A stretch of DNA of 64,000 nucleotides from a virus, in the IMG/VR virus record IMGVR_UViG_3300040801_004428, positions 1 through 64,000 of that record; one strand, 5' to 3'. The stretch's first letter is position 1. The number at the start of each line of letters is the position of its first letter. Below, one piece after another: positions 6,862 through 15,554 of the stretch. The position numbers and the translations under genes are program-made. The notes under the pieces were generated by a model, which was given only the letters and a program-made list of their open reading frames with translations, made no database searches and was not told the origin of the DNA.

Positions 6862-8750
6862 TAGTCCACATAGTGGCGGGCCAAGACCCTCTCACTATTA
6901 GTGAAGAATAATAACTCGGCTCTATTGAGATCATTTGTATCATTAGGGCCGCTTTTTACTACCTTCAAGATGAAGGATCGCCAGTTGTCGTTCAACGGCA
7001 GCCAGGTGATATTCGATGCAACGGGTGCAATACCGTTAGGTACTTCAACTGGGAGGAAGGTTCGGGTCTCCGCAACTCTCACAGTTGAGATTTCTCCCTC
7101 AACGCTGTAGTTCATATTCACAATTGTGGCACTATTACAAGGCGCTCCATCACATCGTGCTATTGTTCTAATCCTCACCCACGCAGCATTTGCTACATTC
7201 GGCGCGCCAGTGTTACCAATAATGAATTTTTGCTGCGATCTGTTATTAGTACCCGCAGAGCCGAACCCACCCACGATTTCATCAACAAAACCGGAGTTAT
7301 CAAACTCTACAACTTCCTCATTTACGGCGCCATCTTCATCACCGATGGTAATACGCCGGAAGTCAATCCCCAACTGCATGTGGTCTTCCACAAACCCGCG
7401 CTTGGCGTAATGGGAAGATTCAGAATCCATACATCTCGGATCGCGTGGTACTTTGACCGGATCCTGCGTGGGGGAGTGATTAACTGCTTGGTATTCACCC
7501 GTGTTGCCTACGCATCTTAGGAAACCACCCCTACTAGAGCCATCACACCGCGGGTCTTGAAAATTAATAACTTCATTCCCATCACCTCGGTCATAATACC
7601 CATGACCTCCCTCACACCGTTTGAAGGTTCCTCTCCGGTCGAAGCACTTAACACCCGCGTCTAGTCTATACGCGCAGCGGCAGTTGTTGTCATACTCTGT
7701 GTAGAAGATTTCCCCTGGATTTTTTGACGCATATACACCAAACAATTGTGGAATCATACACTTCTGCAGATTCGTATTCCAGTTAAATGGGGCCACACAA
7801 GCTTCGGGCGAGTCAATCATGGGGTGTGGACCACCACAACCGATGAATGAACCCGGCGCGGGGTCACAATTACCATCGGGCATTTCCTCAAAAAACCAGG
7901 AGCCCTCATTTTCGACATAAACTAATACGATGTATGAATACGGTGTGTTGAAGATCCAGTCTTTTGACTCCTGATTGATGGAGTGAACGGGGGTTGCAAT
8001 CTCCCCAATGACTTGCTTCTTCGCTCCAATGACGGCCGGAAATACGTTCAACGCCCCGCCAACGTCTAACATCGCAACGCGGTCTCCATCCCGTGGGTTT
8101 TCGGGCAATAGGATGGTTAAACTCCCGCCGGAGGTATCTACCGGTACTCTGTCCCACGAATTTGCTTCATAATCCCCAGTGGCGACATTAGTGTTGACTA
8201 ACTGAAGTGGCGTGTCATTATGCGCACCGGCATAAACATGCGGGCGTAAATCTTCAATGGTAGTTAAGTCCCCCGATGCTGAAACAGCTGCAAGAGGGGT
8301 GTGTGGAACCACTCTACTTGGGAGGATGTCGTCTACATTGATCGCTCCCAAGTCATCAACATACACATAGGAGACTTGCCCATCGGTGCACTGCACAGGT
8401 TGGTCCACCCAACAGCGTTTGACTGAATTTGTGTCGATGATACACCCCGCGGCCACATCCACCGTGTGGAAGGGTGGCGTATGAGCGTAGCCACTTGGCT
8501 TGTCGGTAACCTCCCCTCCCCAAGGAGAGACAATATTCCCCTCCCCATTGAGGAATTTCTTATTCTCTCCACTGAAGCCCACTAGGTCTTTTTTAATATG
8601 CACGGAGGGAACAAACAACTGGCCATTTGGCAAGTCCATTTGTTCAAAACCGTCGGGGTAATCAGCTCTTGAGACGAACTGCGGATCTTGCCAGCCATTG
8701 GCGTGTTCTGGACCGACCGGGGTACCGTGCGCGAATTGTGTTTTTGCCAT
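6858..8750 (-). CDS. Cys-rich baseplate/tail structural protein
   Basis: 630-aa ORF whose ATG shares a base with the stop of the baseplate-J-like gene (TAATG). More than 20 Cys are clustered in the central third. The functional call is positional only. Confidence 0.5.
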   Translation of the reverse strand: MAKTQFAHGTPVGPEHANGWQDPQFVSRADYPDGFEQMDLPNGQLFVPSVHIKKDLVGFSGENKKFLNGEGNIVSPWGGEVTDKPSGYAHTPPFHTVDVAAGCIIDTNSVKRCWVDQPVQCTDGQVSYVYVDDLGAINVDDILPSRVVPHTPLAAVSASGDLTTIEDLRPHVYAGAHNDTPLQLVNTNVATGDYEANSWDRVPVDTSGGSLTILLPENPRDGDRVAMLDVGGALNVFPAVIGAKKQVIGEIATPVHSINQESKDWIFNTPYSYIVLVYVENEGSWFFEEMPDGNCDPAPGSFIGCGGPHPMIDSPEACVAPFNWNTNLQKCMIPQLFGVYASKNPGEIFYTEYDNNCRCAYRLDAGVKCFDRRGTFKRCEGGHGYYDRGDGNEVINFQDPRCDGSSRGGFLRCVGNTGEYQAVNHSPTQDPVKVPRDPRCMDSESSHYAKRGFVEDHMQLGIDFRRITIGDEDGAVNEEVVEFDNSGFVDEIVGGFGSAGTNNRSQQKFIIGNTGAPNVANAAWVRIRTIARCDGAPCNSATIVNMNYSVEGEISTVRVAETRTFLPVEVPNGIAPVASNITWLPLNDNWRSFILKVVKSGPNDTNDLNRAELLFFTNSERVLARHYVDY

Positions 8751-10279
8751 TATTGGTTACCTTCTGAACAAATGGGATCGTTTTGGATGATGTTTGTCGT
8801 GCCGTCAAAGTTAGCACGAAATGCTGTTGTTCCTTTACAAGCTAGTAAATCTCCTGCTCTTATTTTATCAGATGGTGTGGATGGAGCCACATTAACTGAG
8901 CGGAGCTTCCATGCGGAGTAAGGATACGCGGGTTGGATTTCACTATCTGTTAAGTAGCGGATAGTATTACCATCCATTGTTTCTTGGAGCACTAATCCGC
9001 GAGAGTTGAGCGCTCTGAGTGGGAGGGATTTTCTTACTTCGGAGGTTAAACCATCGTTTAGGGCCAATATGGAGGTTGAAAAAACGTACGAGGAAACTTG
9101 CGCGTAGCGTCTCAAATATGCGAAGAAATCATTATAGGAGATTGTCGCATTAATGCTTGCCCTATACAAGTAGTCGTTTGCCGCGCGGAGTAGTGTTTGT
9201 CGGATGATGTCAGGCTGGGTGAGATTGTCCACCATGATGGTGAGGTCTACATACTCAGCGCGTGCATTTTCGATATGAATTTCAGAGTTAATCCAAATTG
9301 TTCGATTCGCTGCCTCTCGGACTTTTTCCAAAATCCCTTCTTCAAAAGCCGTATTACGCTCCGATCGCAGGAAGACAAACAAATGCTGGGAGTTTTGCGC
9401 ATTGTGGGTGTCTAAATCCGCTAGGCGGTCAACCAATCGGGATACAAAATTACTATCGTATTCAATGCCCGCGCGGTTTTGATAATCGAGGAGTTTGTCG
9501 AGTAAGTTTTCAACCTGCCCGTTGTAGGGTAGGTCAATTTGCTCCGGAACCAGGCGGTTTACCTCATCGCGGTAAACATACCCCGCGCGAAATGTCCTCG
9601 TTGGGGTTGAACTCTGCGGAACAACTACAACCTGCGTGTTGTCGCCCAACATGTGGCGAAACCAATCAGACCAGTCAACCACTGAGACAGGGTTTCTCCT
9701 CCTTAAGGAGTTAAATGCCCGACCTTTGGTATCTTGCCAGGACTCGCCATTCCGCCCGCCGTATGCAGAAACAGGATTAGTGACAATCAAATTAGGAATC
9801 GATCTCAACAAACGGGTGACGGTCCGCGCGGGTACGTTGCCCACAGTGCCTGGAGTCTCACAAACTGCTACAACTGACACTGTTGACTGGCCCGGTAAAT
9901 AGTCAATCACCTCAGAAGTTTTGAAAATAACTCCGGATTGGGTAGACACGCGTAGGCCTTTATCAATAATGAGGGATTTTTCTGTCTCTGTGCGCGTGAA
10001 TACGAGGCCAACCACCGCGGGCGCACTGGCAATTTGCATAAAACCGAGCGTGCGCAGCCAATTTGCGGTCCAAGCCTCCGGCGCTTTGTTCAACTCATTT
10101 AGAAGTTGTGCCAAGGAGTAGGCTGTACCTTCGGCGATAATAGCCGGCACGGAGCCAGGACTAATATCGGTGAGTCTACCCCCAGAGGACATAAGCATTT
10201 TGCGCTTACTATACTCCGCGAGTTGAAGCTCATTGCGCGGATCTAGGTTAACTGGTAATATAGGTTGGTATAATGGCAT
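8750..10279 (-). CDS. baseplate J-like (P2 gpJ / T4 gp6 family) protein
   Basis: 509 aa. Contains ..VVAVCETPGTVGNVPARTVTRLL.SIPNL.VTNPVSAYGGRNGES.., which matches the gpJ-family signature (A..G..gN ... N...GG.d.Es). Confidence 0.65.
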   Translation of the reverse strand: MPLYQPILPVNLDPRNELQLAEYSKRKMLMSSGGRLTDISPGSVPAIIAEGTAYSLAQLLNELNKAPEAWTANWLRTLGFMQIASAPAVVGLVFTRTETEKSLIIDKGLRVSTQSGVIFKTSEVIDYLPGQSTVSVVAVCETPGTVGNVPARTVTRLLRSIPNLIVTNPVSAYGGRNGESWQDTKGRAFNSLRRRNPVSVVDWSDWFRHMLGDNTQVVVVPQSSTPTRTFRAGYVYRDEVNRLVPEQIDLPYNGQVENLLDKLLDYQNRAGIEYDSNFVSRLVDRLADLDTHNAQNSQHLFVFLRSERNTAFEEGILEKVREAANRTIWINSEIHIENARAEYVDLTIMVDNLTQPDIIRQTLLRAANDYLYRASINATISYNDFFAYLRRYAQVSSYVFSTSILALNDGLTSEVRKSLPLRALNSRGLVLQETMDGNTIRYLTDSEIQPAYPYSAWKLRSVNVAPSTPSDKIRAGDLLACKGTTAFRANFDGTTNIIQNDPICSEGNQ

Positions 10280-10311
10280 AAGAAAAAAACCTAACTGGGA
10301 GGTATTACCAC
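10266..10311 (+). promoter_or_regulatory. extended -10 promoter plus A7-CCTAACT leader (copy o)
   Basis: TGGTATAAT-GGCAT-AAGAAAAAAACCTAACTGGGAGGTATTACCAC-ATG. Positions 10280 onward are a near copy of 57705..57735. Confidence 0.55.
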
Positions 10312-10389
10312 ATGGTAGACTTCATTCTAGTGGATGTAGCAATCCTGGCGATTGTTATATCCCTAATGTACGTAACGGAGGGGAAATGA
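10312..10389 (+). CDS. 25-aa hydrophobic peptide
   Basis: MVDFILVDVAILAIVISLMYVTEGK. GGGAGG lies upstream, and the stop overlaps the next ATG (ATGA). Too short for the ORF track. Confidence 0.4.
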   Translation: MVDFILVDVAILAIVISLMYVTEGK

Positions 10390-10523
10390 ACTTACTACTA
10401 GTTGCTGCATTTGTTGTGGCAATTTATTCAATGGTGGAAGCTCCTCTTTGGGTGCTTCTCACAACCACGGCTGTTACGATGATGTTTATACTATGGAGCG
10501 TGTATGCCAATGAGAAGTCTTAG
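10386..10523 (+). CDS. 45-aa membrane peptide
   Basis: MNLLLVAAFVVAIYSMVEAPLWVLLTTTAVTMMFILWSVYANEKS has two hydrophobic segments. GGAGGGG precedes the ATG. Confidence 0.5.
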   Translation: MNLLLVAAFVVAIYSMVEAPLWVLLTTTAVTMMFILWSVYANEKS

Positions 10524-10770
10524 ATACTGGGTCACAATTGCAATCTTGAGCTTAATGCTCTTGATCTTGCTGCCCCTGTTTCCATTCACCGGCGCGGTGG
10601 CAAAAGTCGCGCTGGGGAGGGAAACCCCGGCGGGATTTGAATCGGCGTTGGATTATTGCCTCGAGGTAATACACCACGAGCCTTCAAATGAAGCCGCGAA
10701 GTCTTTCTGCGGCCCCGACGTATGGGATATAAAGTTCGTCGTAACCCCTAGACATCACAAAACATGGTAG
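10504..10770 (+). CDS. membrane-anchored small protein
   Basis: 88 aa with an N-terminal hydrophobic segment (YWVTIAILSLMLLILLPLFPF). Confidence 0.55.
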   Translation: MPMRSLRYWVTIAILSLMLLILLPLFPFTGAVAKVALGRETPAGFESALDYCLEVIHHEPSNEAAKSFCGPDVWDIKFVVTPRHHKTW

Positions 10771-10928
10771 ATTTGGAAGAATTGGCCAAGCACCTGTACC
10801 AGGCCGATGGGAACAAACTTCCCACAACGTATGAGTTGACATTCTATGGCCATCCAAATCCCCGCATTGGGCGGTATTGGCACATAGCCTACGCAGCGGC
10901 TCAATATATTACCAAAGGAGGTAACTAA
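10764..10928 (+). CDS. hypothetical 54-aa protein
   Basis: The ATG at 10764 overlaps the previous stop. Reads MVDLEELAKHLYQADGNKL...QYITKGGN. Not in the ORF track because it is under 60 aa. Confidence 0.45.
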   Translation: MVDLEELAKHLYQADGNKLPTTYELTFYGHPNPRIGRYWHIAYAAAQYITKGGN

Positions 10929-10932
10929 ACTA

Positions 10933-11376
10933 ATGGCCTTTACGCTTCCCTTAGGGGGCTACTTCAAAGAGCCTACAACATTCACGGAAGTACACACGCG
11001 CTTTGTAGAGTTCCCCGAGAGTCCCTTAATAAACTCTGTGGTACTCTGGAGCGGGGTATACTTCCGCTGGAGTGGCACAGAATGGCAGACCACTCTACCC
11101 ATAGTTGTACATGAATCTGCCGGTTCTGACGGTGGGGTGTTATCCAACCTTGAGAGTATCACCTACATGTTTGACAACAACGCACTAGCAAACGGGCAGT
11201 TTATTGCAATCCATAGTAAAGGCGTTGAAGCTAATTCAATCGAACTTTATAATAACAACAACGAACAAGTTCTCGCCGGCATACAGTCGACAATAAACTC
11301 GATCGTTGTCGATGTTGGTGGGTTTGTGCCAATTCAAGGCTCTTGGCGGTTGGAGGTAATCTTCCCTATAGTTTAA
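10933..11376 (+). CDS. hypothetical protein (fibre-tip-like C-terminus)
   Basis: 147 aa with AAGGAGG before the ATG. The C-terminus ..GGFVPIQGSWRLEVI resembles ..LAPLTGTWHVKIRE of the 4976..5983 product. Confidence 0.6.
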   Translation: MAFTLPLGGYFKEPTTFTEVHTRFVEFPESPLINSVVLWSGVYFRWSGTEWQTTLPIVVHESAGSDGGVLSNLESITYMFDNNALANGQFIAIHSKGVEANSIELYNNNNEQVLAGIQSTINSIVVDVGGFVPIQGSWRLEVIFPIV

Positions 11377-12448
11377 CTAAATCCCAGTCAATATTAGCGA
11401 TGGTGGTATAACTATCGCTGTTTTTGCCTGCAAAGAAGTCATTATGCGTGGAATTTTGCAACATGCTGATGAATTCAGCCAAATCGGTGGATACCCCCGT
11501 TACGAAGTAATTCCCATAAAGGTTGTGCCCTTGCAGCATTTCATTCGCCCGGCGGTAGATGAAGTCAATTGCTTCTGCCTTGCTAATGATGCCATCCAAC
11601 GCTTTGGTGCCGCCAAACACGGAGTCAATAAACGAAATTTCACATTTCACCAAATGATGAAGTGCTTCTCGGAGGGTCTTTTCCTCTTCGCTGGTCCACG
11701 AATACCCACGCTCGCGGCGGATGATTTTACTCAATTCGATACCGCCTTGTGCGTGGAGCGACTCGTCTTGGAGGCTCCACCCAATTACCTTTTTAATCGG
11801 TCGGATTAGGTTCTTCCTATAGGTGAATGCCAACAAGAGGAGAAAGCTAGAATAGAGGCTGATTCCCTCAACGAAGGAGAATAATGCAATTTGGAGCAAA
11901 TCTCCATCTTGGATTGAATTCCAGATGTTGTCAAACCTTTGTCGAGCTACCTCATCTTGGAGGAATTCGTCATGCGTATCCATATCAAGCACATCTTCCA
12001 TTTGGTTGTAAGCACTCGCGTGGACTGTTTCCACGTAGGAGTTTAATGCCGCGAGTTGAATTACCTCCGGGCGGGGGTAATGCTCACCTACTTTTTTCCA
12101 ATGGTCGAGGACTAGCAACTCCGTGATCGTGAAGCCCTTTAGGATTTTCTTAATAAAGTTTTGCTCCTCCTCGGTGAGTTTGGTCTCCCAGTCGGTGACA
12201 AACTCTGAGAAGTTTACTTCATCCTCGGTCCATAAAGACCGGCGACCAATTAAGTACAGTTCCCGAAGCTCGGGGTACTCAATCGGGCGGAGCTTGAACA
12301 CAGTTTGCTCAATAGGAAGCTTTCCGGCAGCTGGCGCATGGTCTTCTCCTATATGCTTGTCGGTTGTATTTGTCGATTTCATACCTGTCGAATTTCCTCC
12401 TTGTAGGTTTCGCATCAAGGTTTTTAAGTAAGAATTTAATCTTATCAT
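11366..12448 (-). CDS. nrdB: ribonucleotide reductase class I beta (R2) subunit
   Basis: Ferritin-like di-iron motifs are present: ..VHASAYNQM.., ..FSFVEGISLYSSF.. and ..QDESLHAQGG.. (E..H pairs). Confidence 0.85.
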   Translation of the reverse strand: MIRLNSYLKTLMRNLQGGNSTGMKSTNTTDKHIGEDHAPAAGKLPIEQTVFKLRPIEYPELRELYLIGRRSLWTEDEVNFSEFVTDWETKLTEEEQNFIKKILKGFTITELLVLDHWKKVGEHYPRPEVIQLAALNSYVETVHASAYNQMEDVLDMDTHDEFLQDEVARQRFDNIWNSIQDGDLLQIALFSFVEGISLYSSFLLLLAFTYRKNLIRPIKKVIGWSLQDESLHAQGGIELSKIIRRERGYSWTSEEEKTLREALHHLVKCEISFIDSVFGGTKALDGIISKAEAIDFIYRRANEMLQGHNLYGNYFVTGVSTDLAEFISMLQNSTHNDFFAGKNSDSYTTIANIDWDLVKL

Positions 12449-12894
12449 GTTTTGCTGCCATTATTCATGTGCTCTTCTTCTTTTTTGAGGTAAATATCCA
12501 TAGCGTGTAGCATGTCCTTAACAGTGGTCATGTCCTGTTCTAAAAGCCATGGAAGAACAGAGTAGGACTTTTTTCCAAAAGCATAGGCTACTTGGAGAAA
12601 ATCAAACCAAGGCATAATGTCACCCACAATTAGGTCTAATACCTTGGTTAGTACTTCCTTATACTCTTCAAACTCCAGTTGCTCATGGAGCTCGTGGAGA
12701 TTATTACCCCTCGACTCAATGAGCAATTTAGACATAAGCTTCATTGATTTACGCACAGTGAAGTGCTCATCATTAATCAGACGCTCCACTTCGCGCAACT
12801 CAGAACCTTTGATGTCCCTAAAATAGAAGGAGTACCCGGAGTCTGTAAAAACCCCGAGTATGTTCTCATCCTCTATGACTTTATACGTCAGCAT
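12445..12894 (-). CDS. hypothetical protein
   Basis: 149-aa ORF overlapping both neighbours by a few nt (ATGA at 12445..12448). Confidence 0.65.
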   Translation of the reverse strand: MLTYKVIEDENILGVFTDSGYSFYFRDIKGSELREVERLINDEHFTVRKSMKLMSKLLIESRGNNLHELHEQLEFEEYKEVLTKVLDLIVGDIMPWFDFLQVAYAFGKKSYSVLPWLLEQDMTTVKDMLHAMDIYLKKEEEHMNNGSKT

Positions 12895-13450
12895 CTTCTG
12901 GTGCGTTGGGCATTAACTTCATCTGAGCAAACATCATATTGTTTGCATCCACCGCTTCGAATTCCTTAAACTGTTCGAAGGAGACCTCCTCACGGGTGAG
13001 AATCAACAGCATTCGGTATCCCGTCAATGTGGACTTATAACTCGTCATTTTTTTACCCTCTCTCACGTCAGCGGAGAGTTCCTCAATTTCCGCCATTTCA
13101 ATCGCGTTTGGACGATACATAGTGACGGTTTTACCCGACGTGAGTAGTACTTCCATATTCCGGCCTGCGGGTTTTACAGCCTCTTGATTGAGTTCATTGA
13201 TTTTATTTTCAAACTCGGTGAGAAACTTCTGGACGGTTTCATACTCCATTTGTCCAATCATCTCCTCGGTGAGATTGCGCTGGTTGTATGCGCCCAACGC
13301 GGCGTATTTACCCTTCAGGAAGCTCTTCGGATATTTGTCCATCAGCTTCGCGATGTTCATCAAATCTTTCACCTTGAAACTCTTGGGTAAGAAATCCGTC
13401 GGTGTCGAAGATGAAGTAGTCTTGTTCGTCGTAGTTGGTTTCACTGCCAT
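12881..13450 (-). CDS. hypothetical protein
   Basis: 189-aa ORF with GAGGAAA 7 nt before the ATG. Confidence 0.7.
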   Translation of the reverse strand: MAVKPTTTNKTTSSSTPTDFLPKSFKVKDLMNIAKLMDKYPKSFLKGKYAALGAYNQRNLTEEMIGQMEYETVQKFLTEFENKINELNQEAVKPAGRNMEVLLTSGKTVTMYRPNAIEMAEIEELSADVREGKKMTSYKSTLTGYRMLLILTREEVSFEQFKEFEAVDANNMMFAQMKLMPNAPEDADV

Positions 13451-13459
13451 TGTTAATTT

Positions 13460-13485
13460 CCTCGTTGACTTTTAGTACGTAGTTG
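13460..13485 (-). promoter_or_regulatory. degenerate TACGT-A-tract element (copy u)
   Basis: Minus strand reads CAACTACGTACTAAAAGTCAACGAGG...ATG(13450). A weak match to the consensus. Confidence 0.25.
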
Positions 13486-13593
13486 TAGAATTCGGGCCCA
13501 GTAGCCCAGATATACAGTTCCACAAGATGTGGGAAGAATGGGTTCAAATCGCAAGGAGTCCAATCGAGTTTGAACTTCTCTTGGAAGTAACAC

Positions 13594-14031
13594 TTATTCG
13601 GGATCTTCTTCCCAAGGGTCAGGAATATCCTCCGCTCGATACTCTGTAGGCGGTTCAATCCCTCTTTGTCGCATAAACTCCTCAACTTTCTCTGCCAAGC
13701 TGGCATTGTCAGCTTTCTTATCCATGAGTTCAGATTCATTGTCTGGATATTCTCCTTTGTTGATTTTTGACATTACTTCGACAACCCTAGAAGGAGCGAC
13801 AAAACCTTCTTCGATGTACACGGGGTTTTGTTTTTCAATGTAGATTAAAGCCGGGAATGCGCTAATTGAATAGCGTTTTTTCACCTCTTGGGATTTTGTC
13901 AACATTACGCGGATTCCCATTGCGTTAAGCAACGGTACCGTTTGAGAATGCATGCGTTTGCACCACGGGCATCCTTCAGTCATTACTACTACAACTGAGA
14001 ATTTTTTAGTCACGTCGGTTAGTTGGTCCAT
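13594..14031 (-). CDS. thioredoxin-fold protein (CPWC active site)
   Basis: ..FSVVVVMTEGCPWCKRM... ..AFPALIYIE.. has the Trx-like layout. The start is uncertain (ATG at 14031 chosen; 14058 also possible). It carries an acidic C-terminal extension. Confidence 0.7.
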   Translation of the reverse strand: MDQLTDVTKKFSVVVVMTEGCPWCKRMHSQTVPLLNAMGIRVMLTKSQEVKKRYSISAFPALIYIEKQNPVYIEEGFVAPSRVVEVMSKINKGEYPDNESELMDKKADNASLAEKVEEFMRQRGIEPPTEYRAEDIPDPWEEDPE

Positions 14032-14044
14032 ATTTCTTGCTGAT

Positions 14045-14707
14045 CTAGTTGGTTCCATTATACAACATCTCGAAGTCATACTGAGTGAAGACCATATTTT
14101 TTAATTGGTCTCTCACTTCTTGTTCTTGCTTACGGGCACGATTACACTGGCGGAGGTTTTTACCACCCTCGCAGATGGTCCTATCGTTGGTGTAACTAAT
14201 CAAGAAGTTTAGATCTCTATCGGAAAGATCTGTTCCAATGGTTGGCACCCCTGAAGGAGTATAATCACTCTGAACTTCATGCGTGTCGTCAAACAAAGGC
14301 CCGGGTTCCATAACCCCTACTTTTAACGTCTCCTCGAGTTTATCCATGGTAATACTTAACATCTCACAGACCTTCTCCTTCGGTACGTTTTTACTCGTCT
14401 GTTCGATAATCTTATAATAGAGGGTTTGCTCTGCTCGGGGAATTCTAATCGCGCGAGTTTTATCACGATAAAAATGCCCAATGTAAGCTACCACCCTCTG
14501 CCAGGCATAAGTAGACAGTTTCATCCCCTTATTGGGGTTATAATCATGCACCGCCACACAAGCAGCATACCAAGCCACTTGGGTTATATCATCCAAAGTG
14601 GCAGCATTCCCCGAATGCTTTTTAGCATACGCGCGCCTGGCAAGGGTCTCTACAACCCATTTTAACTTTAGCACATCTTTTTGTTGTTTTCTGGTAAGTT
14701 TTCTCAT
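14045..14707 (-). CDS. sigma-70 family RNA polymerase sigma factor
   Basis: Regions 2-3 are recognisable: ..LDDITQVAWYAACVAVHDYNPNKGMKLSTYAWQRVVAYIGHFYRDKTRAIRIPRAEQ.. . The C-terminal region is divergent. Start taken at the ATG at 14707, with AAGAGG upstream. Confidence 0.8.
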   Translation of the reverse strand: MRKLTRKQQKDVLKLKWVVETLARRAYAKKHSGNAATLDDITQVAWYAACVAVHDYNPNKGMKLSTYAWQRVVAYIGHFYRDKTRAIRIPRAEQTLYYKIIEQTSKNVPKEKVCEMLSITMDKLEETLKVGVMEPGPLFDDTHEVQSDYTPSGVPTIGTDLSDRDLNFLISYTNDRTICEGGKNLRQCNRARKQEQEVRDQLKNMVFTQYDFEMLYNGTN

Positions 14708-15518
14708 GACCTCTTTTGTTTGTAAAAATCCTAATACAGGCCTAACCTTAAAGGAATTCAATCTAAATACAATATCCCGCCAAAAGGCGATCAACCAATG
14801 CGTCCAGCTTCAACTTGAAGTGTCTACCTCCACCGAGCAGGGACAATCCGCCCAGCGGGCCACCGGAGATCCGGCAATAATCGAAGGAAGGTGGAAAGAC
14901 ATCGATGGTGTAGTAAACGATGTGTATAAATCAGAGCCAGAAAGCAGGCAAAAGATTCATTACAAACCATTTGATGACCGTCACGCCCATGATAGGATTG
15001 TTGAATCCTTCACAGAGCGGTTGGATTATGTATTCCAACGAGCGGCTGAACTTGACGGGGATGATAAAACTCGCGCAATGGAGATGATCTTTAGGGATAT
15101 TACCTCCGTCGTTAGAGCTCTTTACGGAGACATCTTCGACCTCCAAGAAAGGCTAGGCGAAGCCATGGTGAGATTAGATGCGTTGGAAGATTGGAACGGC
15201 GCGGCGTATAATGATGGGTTTGACCTACCCGGGCATGATATACCCCACCATGATCAGTATGACCCACATCCGCCGTATCCTCACTTCCATGGGCGTCATT
15301 TGATTCTAGATAGAGAACAGGATCTCCGCTATCATCAGGGTAGAATGACTTTGTATGATCCATTATACCAGAAATCCCCGGGAATGAAGCGCTACTTGGC
15401 AGCACAACAACAGGCGGGAGTTTCCAAGCCTGAGAATTCTCCCCATAGGGAAGAAAAAGGCTATAGATTTGACCAATCTAAGCTTAAGGGGGACGGCTCT
15501 TCACGTACACCAGTGTAG
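14706..15518 (+). CDS. hypothetical His/Pro/Tyr-rich protein (start uncertain)
   Basis: Long ORF. Its ATG at 14706 shares the tetranucleotide CATG with the divergent sigma start, and no good SD is present. The true start may be an internal GTG. Confidence 0.45.
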   Translation: MTSFVCKNPNTGLTLKEFNLNTISRQKAINQCVQLQLEVSTSTEQGQSAQRATGDPAIIEGRWKDIDGVVNDVYKSEPESRQKIHYKPFDDRHAHDRIVESFTERLDYVFQRAAELDGDDKTRAMEMIFRDITSVVRALYGDIFDLQERLGEAMVRLDALEDWNGAAYNDGFDLPGHDIPHHDQYDPHPPYPHFHGRHLILDREQDLRYHQGRMTLYDPLYQKSPGMKRYLAAQQQAGVSKPENSPHREEKGYRFDQSKLKGDGSSRTPV

Positions 15519-15521
15519 CAA

Positions 15522-15547
15522 AGAGGACAGGTTTTACCCTGCCCTCT
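15522..15547. terminator. stem-loop between convergent genes
   Basis: AGAGGACAGG-TTTTAC-CCTGCCCTCT (one mismatch). No clear U-tract. Confidence 0.35.
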
Positions 15548-15554
15548 GGTCTTC

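Noticed and set aside
9197-10121. Several plus-strand ORFs (9197..9415, 9298..9714, 9636..9902, 9921..10121) inside the baseplate-J-like gene
   Set aside because: They are antisense to a CDS with a recognisable family signature, form a patchwork across three frames, and have no start signals.
13308-13739. 143-aa minus-strand ORF spanning the gap between the thioredoxin-fold gene and the 12881..13450 gene
   Set aside because: Its 5' third is an alternative frame of the thioredoxin-fold CDS, and its 3' third overlaps the well-supported 12881..13450 CDS, which has its own GAGGAAA SD and ATG. No start codon lies after the thioredoxin stop. The 13451..13593 gap is better explained as a regulatory region containing a degenerate TACGT-A-tract element.
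14598-14705. 5' extension of the 14598..15518 ORF
   Set aside because: This portion is antisense to the conserved region 2 of the sigma-factor gene. The earliest plausible start is the ATG at 14706, and even that lacks an SD.
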